Shown here: piece after piece, positions 24,491-32,000 of the stretch
Layout: each line of letters begins with the position of its first letter
Position numbering within the stretch: position 1 is the first letter of the stretch
NCBI RefSeq assembly: GCF_003324675.1
Contig: NZ_CP030918.1
Span: forward strand, 480,001 to 512,000
Reading direction: 5' to 3'
DNA length: 32,000 bases
Source of the DNA: Paracoccus suum
GTDB lineage: Bacteria; Pseudomonadota; Alphaproteobacteria; Rhodobacterales; Rhodobacteraceae
Program-made: the position numbers and the translations under genes
Notes under the pieces: generated by a model
What the model saw: only the letters and a program-made list of their open reading frames with translations
What the model was told of the DNA's origin: nothing
Database searches by the model: none

Positions 24491-24955
24491 TCAGGCCCGG
24501 TGGTAGGGGCCGCCGGACAGGATTGTCGCGGCGCGGTAAAGCTGCTCGGCCAGCATCACCCGCACCAGCATATGCGGCCAGACCATCGCCCCGAGGCTGA
24601 TCGCCAGATCGGCGCGCGCGCGCAAGTCGGGCGCGATCCCGTCCGCGCCGCCGATCACAAAGGTCGCGTCACGACCAGCGTCTCGCCAGCCGCCAAGGCG
24701 GCCGGCGAACTGGGGTGAGGTCAGGGTCTCGCCGCGCTCGTCCAGCGTCACCAGGAGGCTGCCAGCGGGCACGGCGCGGGCCAGCAACGCAGCCTCCGCC
24801 GCCATCCCGCCGGATTTAGCCTCGACTTCGGCCAAGCTGACGCGCGGCAGGCCGATCGCCCTGCCCGTCCGGGCGAAGCGGTCGAGGTAGTCCGCCAGCA
24901 GCGTGGCCTCGGGGCCGGGCCGCAGGCGGCCGACGGCTGCAATGGTCAGCCGCAT
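24491..24955 (-). CDS. rlmH: 23S rRNA (pseudouridine1915-N3)-methyltransferase RlmH
   Basis: 154 aa SPOUT protein (MRLTIAAVGRL..., FVIGGADG, EQLYRA) located immediately downstream of rsfS, as is usual. Confidence 0.9.
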   Translation of the reverse strand: MRLTIAAVGRLRPGPEATLLADYLDRFARTGRAIGLPRVSLAEVEAKSGGMAAEAALLARAVPAGSLLVTLDERGETLTSPQFAGRLGGWRDAGRDATFVIGGADGIAPDLRARADLAISLGAMVWPHMLVRVMLAEQLYRAATILSGGPYHRA

Positions 24956-24968
24956 GGCGGTCCTTGGA

Positions 24969-25388
24969 TCAGACGTCGGCCGGCGAGGCCGACATCTGCG
25001 GCCGACGCAGCGCGCTCAGCGCGTCGGTGGGCAGCCACATCTTTTCCAGCTGGTAGAACTCGCGCACCTCGGGACGGAAGATGTGAACGATCACGTCGTC
25101 CGCATCGACCAGCACCCAGTCGCCGGTCTCCTTGCCTTCCACCCGGGCGGGGCGCCCGGTCGCGATCTTCAGCCGCTCGGAAAGTTTTTCGGCGATGGCT
25201 CCGACCTGGCGGGCACTGCGGCCCTGACAGATCACCATGTTGTCCGCCATGGCCGAACGGCCGCGCAGGTCGATGGTGACAACATCCTCGGCCTTGTCGT
25301 CATCGAGCGAGGCCAGCACGAGGGCCAGAACCTGCTCGCTGGTCAGGGGTGAGGGGGTGCCGCTGGGGGCGGCGGTCGCGGCCGGCAT
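24969..25388 (-). CDS. rsfS: ribosome silencing factor RsfS
   Basis: 139 aa (DDKAEDVVTIDL..., DWVLVD..DVIVHIF, REFYQLEKMW). The N-terminal extent is uncertain. Confidence 0.88.
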   Translation of the reverse strand: MPAATAAPSGTPSPLTSEQVLALVLASLDDDKAEDVVTIDLRGRSAMADNMVICQGRSARQVGAIAEKLSERLKIATGRPARVEGKETGDWVLVDADDVIVHIFRPEVREFYQLEKMWLPTDALSALRRPQMSASPADV

Positions 25389-25461
25389 GGTCCCGGTGGA
25401 TTGCGGGGCCGGCGTGACAAGTCCGTTCAGGGGTCGATCCTCCGATCATCGCGCCGGCATC

Positions 25462-25480
25462 AAAGCCCCCGGCGCGGGGC
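25462..25480 (-). terminator. Possible weak terminator after the MscS-family gene
   Basis: On the minus strand, gcccc-gcgccg-ggggc (5-bp stem) is followed by TTT. The stem is weak. Confidence 0.3.
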
Positions 25481-25523
25481 ATATGTCAAAGATAGCAGTT
25501 GCAGCGGTTTTCTCAATGCCTGC

Positions 25524-26915
25524 TCACGCGTCCTTCAACGGTTGGCTGCCCGCCGCCGACGGCCCGGCCTCGCCGGGCGGGGTGGCCAGGGGCTCACCTG
25601 GCATCGCGGCTCCGGCGGCCGCGCCGCCGAGCAGCCTGATTTCGGTCTGGGCCAGCGGCAGGGTGATGCCACGCTTGCGGAACGCATCCCACAGCGCCAG
25701 ATAGACCTGCCCGCGCACGTTGGTCAGTCCCGCCTGGGGATCGCTGATCCAGAAACGCAGCATGTAGTGCACGCCGCTCTCGCCAAAGGCCGTGACCCAG
25801 CACACCGGCGTGCGCTGCGCCAGAACCCGCTTGACGGTCATCGAGGCGTTGATGGCGATCCGGCTGACCTCGTGCGGATCGTCGCGATACGAGGCGCGAA
25901 ATTCGATGTCGAGACGAACGAAATCATTGGTATGGGACCAGTTGACCACCTGCCCGGTAACCAGTTCCTCGTTCGGGATCAGGTATTCCTTGCCGTCACG
26001 GGTGACGACGCTGACATAGCGCGCGCCCAGCGCGTCGATCCAGCCGAAGGTGTCGCCGATGCTGATGACGTCGCCGGGCTTGATCGACTTGTCGAGCAGG
26101 ATGATAACCCCCGACATCAGGTTCGAGACAATCTTTTGCAGGCCGAAGCCGAGGCCGACGCCCAGCGCGCCGGAAAAGATCGTCAGGCCGGTCAGGTCGA
26201 TCCCGGTCGCGGCCAGCCCGACGACGATGGCCAGAAACAGAAGCACCGCCTGCATGATCTTGGCGATCAGCACCCGCATGGTGGGCGAGACGTCGGTGTT
26301 CTTGGCCAAGCTGGCCGACGTCAGGCGCGAGAGCACCCGCGCCGCGGCGATCAGCAAGCCGGTGATGACCACCGCCTTGATGACGGTCAAGGCCGACAAA
26401 CGGAAATCGCCCAGCCCGATGGCAAGCGAATCGAGGAATTTGGCGGTCGGGTTGCTGAGGTTCAGGAAATACAGCGTGACCCAGACCCAGGCGCCCCAAC
26501 GGATGATGCGCCGCAGGAACTTGTTGGCGATCAGCCGGACCAGAAACTCGATCGCGACCCATGCGGACGAGATCGCGGCGGCCAGCGCGATCAGGTGGCT
26601 GCGCGACGGCCAGGTCACGTTGCGCATGATGATGACCAGCGCCCAGGCCAGCAGCGCGAACAGGATCACCCGCAGCTTGCGCTGGATCAGGATGCCGATC
26701 CGCAGCCGCCACTTGGGCCAGCCATGGCGGCCGCGGAGCCAGCGATTCAGGCGCGGGGCGAGAAGGTTACGCGACAGCTGGGCCACGGCGCCGACGCACA
26801 GGATCGCCAGCAGCTGCCACAGGCGCCAGGGCAGCAGCATGTTCTGGACGATCGGCTTGATCTGCGCCCACAGCCCCTGCGCCGCGTCGACCATGTCTGG
26901 ATTGACGTGTTCCAT
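25524..26915 (-). CDS. MscS-family mechanosensitive ion channel
   Basis: 463 aa with multiple N-terminal TM helices and the conserved MscS core GVGLGFGLQKIVSNLMSGVIILLDKSIKPGDVI. Confidence 0.9.
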   Translation of the reverse strand: MEHVNPDMVDAAQGLWAQIKPIVQNMLLPWRLWQLLAILCVGAVAQLSRNLLAPRLNRWLRGRHGWPKWRLRIGILIQRKLRVILFALLAWALVIIMRNVTWPSRSHLIALAAAISSAWVAIEFLVRLIANKFLRRIIRWGAWVWVTLYFLNLSNPTAKFLDSLAIGLGDFRLSALTVIKAVVITGLLIAAARVLSRLTSASLAKNTDVSPTMRVLIAKIMQAVLLFLAIVVGLAATGIDLTGLTIFSGALGVGLGFGLQKIVSNLMSGVIILLDKSIKPGDVISIGDTFGWIDALGARYVSVVTRDGKEYLIPNEELVTGQVVNWSHTNDFVRLDIEFRASYRDDPHEVSRIAINASMTVKRVLAQRTPVCWVTAFGESGVHYMLRFWISDPQAGLTNVRGQVYLALWDAFRKRGITLPLAQTEIRLLGGAAAGAAMPGEPLATPPGEAGPSAAGSQPLKDA

Positions 26916-27212
26916 CCGCCCCGCATCCGCCTGTGCGGGCCAATCACAGCACCCCGCCCCGCGCCCGGCAAGGGGCGCCGGGCACTTCTCGCAGTCCGGT
27001 GTGACGCCTGCGCGTCCCCGCCATCTGCGCCCTTGCCGCAGCGTCCGCCAGCCGTTAATCTGCGCCGTTATGATGCGTTATTTTGACATCACGGACCGCG
27101 CCCGCCTGCCGGGACGCTTTTATGGCGAGGCCATGGCGATTCTCGGGCTTGGCTGAGGACGGCTGCGCCGACCCCACCCATTTTCCGCCATCAGACCCGA
27201 GGCCTGACAGCC

Positions 27213-28661
27213 ATGACGACCACACCTACAACGGGCACCGCCCGCACCCTGTATGACAAGATCTGGGACGCGCATGTCGTCGACCGCCAGCCGGACGGCA
27301 CCTGCCTGCTCTATATCGACCGGCACCTGGTCCACGAAGTGACCAGCCCGCAGGCCTTCGAGGGGCTGCGTCTGTCGGGCCGCAAGGTGCGCCGTCCGGA
27401 CCAGACCATTGCCGTACCCGACCACAACGTGCCGACCACGCCTGACCGAGTGAACGGGATCGAAAACCCCGAAGGCCGCATCCAGGTCGCCGAACTGGAC
27501 AAGAATGCCCGCGATTTTGGCCTGAACTATTACCCCATGAACGATGTGCGTCAGGGAATCGTGCATATCGTGGGCCCCGAGCAGGGGTGGACCCTGCCCG
27601 GCATGACCGTCGTCTGCGGTGACAGCCATACCGCGACCCATGGTGCCTTTGGCGCGCTGGCGCATGGCATCGGCACCTCGGAGGTCGAGCATGTGCTGGC
27701 CACCCAGACGCTGATCCAGCAGAAATCCAAGAACATGAAGGTCGAGATCACGGGGAAGCTGCGCCCCGGGGTCACGGCCAAGGACATCACCCTGCAGGTG
27801 ATCGGCCTGACCGGCACCGCCGGCGGCACCGGCTATGTCATTGAATACTGCGGCGAGGCGATCCGCGCGCTATCGATGGAAGGCCGTATGACGGTCTGCA
27901 ACATGGCCATCGAGGGCGGTGCCCGCGCTGGCCTTATCGCCCCCGACCAGACCACCTTCGACTATGTCGAGGGCCGCCCGCACGCCCCCAAGGGCGCGGC
28001 GTGGGAGGCGGCGATGGACTGGTGGCGCACGCTCTATTCCGATGACGACGCGCATTGGGACAAGGTGGTGACAATCCGCGGCGAGGACATCGCCCCGGTC
28101 GTGACCTGGGGCACCTCACCCGAGGATGTGCTGCCGATCACCGCCTCGGTCCCCGCGGCCGAGGATTTCGAGGGCGGCAAGGTCGAGGCAGCGCGCCGCA
28201 GCCTCGACTACATGGGCCTTACCCCCGGCACCCCGCTGGCCGAGATCGCAATCGACGCAGTGTTCATCGGCAGCTGCACCAATGGCCGGATCGAGGACCT
28301 GCGCGCTGCCGCCGGCATCCTGAAGGGCAAGCACTTGGCGCCGACGGTGCGCGGCATGGTCGTGCCCGGCAGCGGGCTCGTTCGCCTGCAGGCTGAGGAA
28401 GAAGGCCTCGACGTCATCTTCCGCGACGCCGGCTTTGAATGGCGCCTCGCTGGTTGCTCGATGTGCCTTGGCATGAACCCGGACCAGTTGGCCCCGGGCG
28501 AGCGTTGCGCCGCGACCTCGAACCGCAACTTCGAGGGGCGGATGGGCCGCGGCGGGCGTACCCACCTGATGTCGCCGGTCATGGCCGCAGCTGCCGGCAT
28601 CGCCGGCCATCTGGTCGATGTCCGCGAGGTCATGGACGCGCCCGCGCCCGCCACGGCCTGA
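27213..28661 (+). CDS. leuC: 3-isopropylmalate dehydratase large subunit
   Basis: 482 aa ([53 protein letters not shown]). Confidence 0.96.
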   Translation: MTTTPTTGTARTLYDKIWDAHVVDRQPDGTCLLYIDRHLVHEVTSPQAFEGLRLSGRKVRRPDQTIAVPDHNVPTTPDRVNGIENPEGRIQVAELDKNARDFGLNYYPMNDVRQGIVHIVGPEQGWTLPGMTVVCGDSHTATHGAFGALAHGIGTSEVEHVLATQTLIQQKSKNMKVEITGKLRPGVTAKDITLQVIGLTGTAGGTGYVIEYCGEAIRALSMEGRMTVCNMAIEGGARAGLIAPDQTTFDYVEGRPHAPKGAAWEAAMDWWRTLYSDDDAHWDKVVTIRGEDIAPVVTWGTSPEDVLPITASVPAAEDFEGGKVEAARRSLDYMGLTPGTPLAEIAIDAVFIGSCTNGRIEDLRAAAGILKGKHLAPTVRGMVVPGSGLVRLQAEEEGLDVIFRDAGFEWRLAGCSMCLGMNPDQLAPGERCAATSNRNFEGRMGRGGRTHLMSPVMAAAAGIAGHLVDVREVMDAPAPATA

Positions 28662-28666
28662 CGGCC

Positions 28667-29176
28667 ATGGACGACGAGAGCGAGTACACCGGCCTGCCCT
28701 TCGATCCGCAGGACGCGGTCAGCCAGTTCGATGATCGCGACGACATGGACGCGGCCATCGCCGCGCTCGAGGCCGAGGGGTTCAGCACCCGCCGCATCGT
28801 CTGCGAGGATGATGCGGTGATGCTAGGGGGCATCGCCCGCGCACTCGACTGGCAGGCGCAGTTCGGACGCCCGCTTCGGCGGCTGAACCTCGACGCCTTC
28901 GCCGACGCCCTGCGTGGCGTCCCCTCGGACGAGGACAGTCGCGTGCTGCTGGTGCTGGAGCGTTTTCGCAGCTTCGAGGCGCGCGACGCAGCCGCGGCCG
29001 AAGGCATTGTCGAGGCGATCCGCGACGCGGCCGCCGACCATCTCGAGGTGAACCGCCGCCTGCTCGCCTTCATCTGCACCGATCCCGACGACGACGATTT
29101 CGACGATTCAGACAGCGCGGAGGATGGCGATCAGATCGACCATGACCCCGCAGAGGAGTGGCTACGCCATGGATAA
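28667..29176 (+). CDS. acidic barstar-like (RNase-inhibitor family) protein
   Basis: 169 aa with strong GC3 coding bias. The core aligns by eye to barstar: [11 protein letters not shown] vs [22 protein letters not shown] vs [23 protein letters not shown] vs SVLQVFREAKAE. It starts 6 nt after the leuC stop and overlaps the leuD start by 8 nt. Confidence 0.7.
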   Translation: MDDESEYTGLPFDPQDAVSQFDDRDDMDAAIAALEAEGFSTRRIVCEDDAVMLGGIARALDWQAQFGRPLRRLNLDAFADALRGVPSDEDSRVLLVLERFRSFEARDAAAAEGIVEAIRDAAADHLEVNRRLLAFICTDPDDDDFDDSDSAEDGDQIDHDPAEEWLRHG

Positions 29177-29774
29177 GTTCACTACCCTGACCGGTATCGC
29201 GGCGCCCATGCCGCTGGTCAACATCGACACCGACATGATCATCCCCAAGCAGTTCCTGAAGACGATCCATCGCACGGGCCTCGGCAAGAACCTGTTCGAC
29301 GAGATGCGCTTTCTGGCCGACGGGACCGAGAACCAGGATTTCGTGCTGAACCAGCCCGCATGGCGCAGCGCCGAGATCATCGTCGCGGGCGACAACTTCG
29401 GCTGCGGCAGCTCGCGCGAGCATGCGCCTTGGGCGCTGCTGGATTACGGCATCCGCTGCGTGATCTCGACCAGCTTCGCCGACATCTTCTACAACAACTG
29501 CTTCAAGAACGGCATCCTGCCGATCACCCTGCCGGCCGAAGCGGTCGAGGCGCTGATGGAGGACGCCAATCGCGGCGCCAACGCACGCCTGACCGTGGAC
29601 CTGGAGGCGCAGACGGTCACCGCCTCGGACGGCGAGGTGTATGACTTCGAGATTGACGCGCACAAGAAGCATTGCCTGCTGAACGGGCTCGATGACATCG
29701 GCCTGACCATGGAAAAGGGCGCGGCGATCGACAGCTACGAGGCGCGCATGGCCCAGGCCCAGCCCTGGGTCTAA
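29169..29774 (+). CDS. leuD: 3-isopropylmalate dehydratase small subunit
   Basis: Start at Met 29169 ([31 protein letters not shown]). It also carries [17 protein letters not shown]. Confidence 0.95.
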   Translation: MDKFTTLTGIAAPMPLVNIDTDMIIPKQFLKTIHRTGLGKNLFDEMRFLADGTENQDFVLNQPAWRSAEIIVAGDNFGCGSSREHAPWALLDYGIRCVISTSFADIFYNNCFKNGILPITLPAEAVEALMEDANRGANARLTVDLEAQTVTASDGEVYDFEIDAHKKHCLLNGLDDIGLTMEKGAAIDSYEARMAQAQPWV

Positions 29775-29781
29775 AGCGACT

Positions 29782-29819
29782 GCCGGGCGCGGCGGCATCC
29801 CCGTCACGCCCGGCTTTTT
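29782..29819 (+). terminator. Rho-independent terminator after leuD
   Basis: An 8-bp stem gccgggcg / cgcccggc (29782-29789 / 29807-29814), plus 3 further inner pairs, is followed by TTTTT (29815-29819). Confidence 0.6.
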
Positions 29820-29903
29820 CGGCCGGCGGCAACCGTCACATGATTGTGAGAACAGGTGCCTCGTGCTAGGGTTGCGGCAATTCCCAACTGGCAAGGCCGC
29901 ACC

Positions 29904-30428
29904 ATGCGTAGCAGCACCCTGATGATCGTCGCCGGCGTCCTCTCACTTCTGGCCGGACTGGTCGCGCTGGTTTTCCCCTTGCCGGCGTCGCTGGCGGTCA
30001 CCGTGCTGACCGGCTGGGCCTTCCTGATCAGCGGTGTCCTCGGCCTTTGGGCCGCCTTCTCGAACGAGACCTTGCAGCATCGCGGCTGGGTTGGGGCGAT
30101 CGGCGTTCTGAACATGGTGGTCGGCGTCTGGATGCTGGCCAATCCGCTGGCCGGGATGATTTCGCTGACGGTGGTGGTCGGGGCCATGCTGCTCGCCTCC
30201 GGCGTCGCGCGGATTGTCGGTGGCTTCGGGCCCTACAAGGGGACGCAGATGCAGTGGATGATGGTGCTGTCCGGCATCATCTCGGTCGCGCTGGGAATTT
30301 ACATCATCGCCGCGCTGCCGGTTTCCAGCATCGTCACCCTCGGCATCCTGGTCGCGATCGAGTTGATCGTCGTCGGCGTGACGCTGACTTCGGCCGGCAT
30401 CACCCTGCGCCGGACCCGCACGCTCTGA
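29904..30428 (+). CDS. HdeD/DUF308-family small membrane protein
   Basis: I chose the start at Met 29904 (MRSSTLMIVAGVLSLLAG). It has six hydrophobic helices with repeated G-rich helix pairs typical of DUF308. Confidence 0.75.
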   Translation: MRSSTLMIVAGVLSLLAGLVALVFPLPASLAVTVLTGWAFLISGVLGLWAAFSNETLQHRGWVGAIGVLNMVVGVWMLANPLAGMISLTVVVGAMLLASGVARIVGGFGPYKGTQMQWMMVLSGIISVALGIYIIAALPVSSIVTLGILVAIELIVVGVTLTSAGITLRRTRTL

Positions 30429-31477
30429 TCCGACAGGCGCTCGCGGTCGGGGCGATCTGGCTCGCCGCCGCATGGGCTGGCGGGGCGGCGGCGGATACAG
30501 TGCGCCTCGCCACCTGGGCGCCGGACCTGACCCGCGACGGGCCGGGCTTGCTGCTGCGCGACATCCAGTCCGGAAAGGACCCGCAAATCGCGGCGGCGGT
30601 GGGGGTCATCCGCGCCGCGAATGCCGACGTGCTGCTGCTGACCGCGTTCGACTGGGACCACGAGGGCCGCGCATTGCAGGCCTTTTCCGACCTGCTCGCA
30701 AAGGCGGGGATGAGTTATCCGCACCGCCTCGCCCTGCGGCCGAACAGCGGCATGGCGACGGGGATCGACCTGGACGGGGACGGCCGGACCGGCACCGGAG
30801 ACGACGCGCAAGGCTTTGGTCTGTTCACCGGGCAATCGGGGATGGTTCTGCTCTCGCGCCGCCCGCTTGGCGAGGTGCGCGACCTTAGCGCCACGCTGTG
30901 GCGCGACGTGCCCGGCAACACAATGCCCCCGGCCCCGCCAGATGCCGCCGCCATCCAGCGCCTCAGCACCACGGGGCATTGGGACGTCGCCTTGCCCGCT
31001 GGGCCGACCACGCTGCACCTGCTGGTCTATGCCGCCAGCCCCCCGGTCTTTGGCACCGGCACCCGCAATCTGCGCCGCAATCATGACGAGACGGCCTTCT
31101 GGACGGCCTATCAAGCCGCCGGGCCGATGGTGGTCATGGGCAGCGCCAACCTGGACCCGGTGGATGGCGATGGCGAGGGCGAGGCGATCCGCGCCCTGAT
31201 CGCGCGCCTGCAGGACCCTGAGCCCCGGTCAGAGGGCGGCGCAGCAGCCCCGCAGACCGGCAGCAACGCCAGGCAAAAGGGCGATCCGGCCCTCGACACG
31301 GCCGATTGGCCGGATGCCGACGGGCCCGGCAACCTGCGGGTTGATTACGTGCTGCCAGACAAGGGTTTGAAGGTCACGGGATCGGGCGTGCTATGGCCAG
31401 CCGATGGGCCGCTGGCCGAGACTGTGATGACTGCCTCGCGTCACCGCCTTGTCTGGGTCAACCTGGCGCTGCCCTAG
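30425..31477 (+). CDS. secreted endonuclease/exonuclease/phosphatase (EEP)-family protein; start codon uncertain
   Basis: The mature part resembles EEP proteins (DVLLLTAFDWD..., the SRHRLVWV end). A clear Sec signal peptide (IRQALAVGAIWLAAAWAGGAAA) lies upstream of the first in-frame GTG (30500). The only start-like codons before it are CTG 30425 and ATC 30428. Confidence 0.7.
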   Translation: MIRQALAVGAIWLAAAWAGGAAADTVRLATWAPDLTRDGPGLLLRDIQSGKDPQIAAAVGVIRAANADVLLLTAFDWDHEGRALQAFSDLLAKAGMSYPHRLALRPNSGMATGIDLDGDGRTGTGDDAQGFGLFTGQSGMVLLSRRPLGEVRDLSATLWRDVPGNTMPPAPPDAAAIQRLSTTGHWDVALPAGPTTLHLLVYAASPPVFGTGTRNLRRNHDETAFWTAYQAAGPMVVMGSANLDPVDGDGEGEAIRALIARLQDPEPRSEGGAAAPQTGSNARQKGDPALDTADWPDADGPGNLRVDYVLPDKGLKVTGSGVLWPADGPLAETVMTASRHRLVWVNLALP

Positions 31478-32000
31478 GCGTCCCCGGCCAGCAGGCGCGC
31501 GCCGTCATGAGCCTTGAGCCGCACATGCACCACCTGCCCCTCGGGCATGTCCCGCTCGAACGCGACCTCGGCGAACTGCGGGGTGCGCCCGACGCGCGGG
31601 CCCTCGGTCAGCACACCTGTGGTCTGGCCGACTTGGGCGGCCAGATGCCGCCGCAGCGCGACATCGCCTGCGGCCCGCAGCCGGGCGGCGCGGGCGCGGA
31701 TCACCTCGCCCCGCACCTGCGGCATCCGGGCCGCAGGCGTGCCCTTGCGCGGGCTGTAGGGAAAGACGTGCAGGAAGCTGAGTCCGCAGTCCTCGACCAG
31801 GGCCAGCGACTGCTGGAAATGCGCCTCGGTCTCGGTCGGGAAGCCGGCGATCAGGTCGGCGCCAAAGGCGATGTCGGGCCGCAGGCGACGCGCCTCGTCG
31901 CAAAAGCGGATGGCGTCGTCGCGCAAATGGCGGCGCTTCATCCGCTTGAGGATCAGGTCATCGCCATGTTGCAGCGACAGGTGCAGATGCGGCATCAGCC
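31474..32000 (-). CDS. mtaB: tRNA (t6A37) methylthiotransferase MtaB, C-terminal part (5' end beyond window)
   Basis: Radical-SAM MiaB/MtaB C-terminal region (HLHLSLQHGDDLILKRMKRRH, DLIAGFPTETE, FPYSPRKGTPAA) followed by a TRAM-like tail. The frame is open to the window edge. Confidence 0.88.
   Translation of the reverse strand, partial: LMPHLHLSLQHGDDLILKRMKRRHLRDDAIRFCDEARRLRPDIAFGADLIAGFPTETEAHFQQSLALVEDCGLSFLHVFPYSPRKGTPAARMPQVRGEVIRARAARLRAAGDVALRRHLAAQVGQTTGVLTEGPRVGRTPQFAEVAFERDMPEGQVVHVRLKAHDGARLLAGDA

Noticed and set aside
24480-24495. Palindrome cctgag-cagc-ctcagg between kynU and rlmH
   Set aside because: It is largely forced by the two convergent stop codons (TGA/TCA) and is too short, with no U-tract, to call a terminator.
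25401-27086. 561-aa plus-strand ORF
   Set aside because: It is antisense to the MscS-family channel gene. It is extremely Arg/Asp/Gly/Gln/Pro-rich with no membrane or enzyme motifs.
27083-27111. Perfect TTGACA hexamer as the leuC -35 box
   Set aside because: The sequence 17 bp downstream (ctgccg) is nothing like a -10 element, so a promoter call is unsupported without data.
27070-27156. 28-codon ORF ([28 protein letters not shown]) upstream of leuC as a possible leucine leader peptide
   Set aside because: It has no run of Leu codons and no convincing alternative terminator/antiterminator hairpins. It is also just the tail of a long shadow ORF.
1-32000. Scan for tRNA/rRNA genes, CRISPR arrays, IS elements, integrases and long inverted or direct repeats
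   Set aside because: No intergenic region (the largest are 8441-8683 and 26916-27212) shows a tRNA-like T-arm or cloverleaf or repeat-spacer periodicity. No ORF resembles a transposase or recombinase. This was done by eye only, so small ncRNAs cannot be excluded.

Overview
High-G+C chromosomal segment, by eye about two-thirds G+C, with gene content that looks alphaproteobacterial (Rhodobacterales-like; taxon is an inference). I support 29 protein-coding genes, 2 of them cut by the window edges. I saw no rRNA, tRNA, CRISPR array, transposase or integrase. Layout: (1) 1-7304 is the distal half of a C-P lyase (phosphonate) cluster, phnI-HAD-phnJ-phnK-corA-phnL-phnN, then an opposite-strand DUF1045/2H phosphoesterase and phnM. 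Two non-canonical genes are spliced into the operon through ATGA overlaps. (2) 7412-13215 holds asd, a low-G+C RTX/PPC calcium-binding protein, a beta-carbonic anhydrase, an unassigned acidic protein, and a coupled M17 aminopeptidase plus NlpC/P60 pair. (3) 13227-21405 on the minus strand is the most unusual part: an ATGA-coupled wecB-wecC operon ending in one 1923-1928-aa polypeptide. That protein fuses an unknown N-terminal domain, an FkbM methyltransferase, a roughly 185-aa coiled coil, a Pro-rich linker and three glycosyltransferase-like modules. I read it as a self-contained polymerase, terminator and ruler for a ManNAcA-type glycan, with no exporter nearby. (4) 21505-32000 holds truB, an alpha/beta hydrolase divergent from kynU, rlmH-rsfS, an MscS-family channel, leuC and leuD split by a barstar-like acidic protein, an HdeD/DUF308 membrane protein, a secreted EEP-family protein with no canonical start codon, and the 3' end of mtaB. 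Family assignments come from motif and sequence recognition by eye and from memory. No database search was run, and G+C statements are qualitative.
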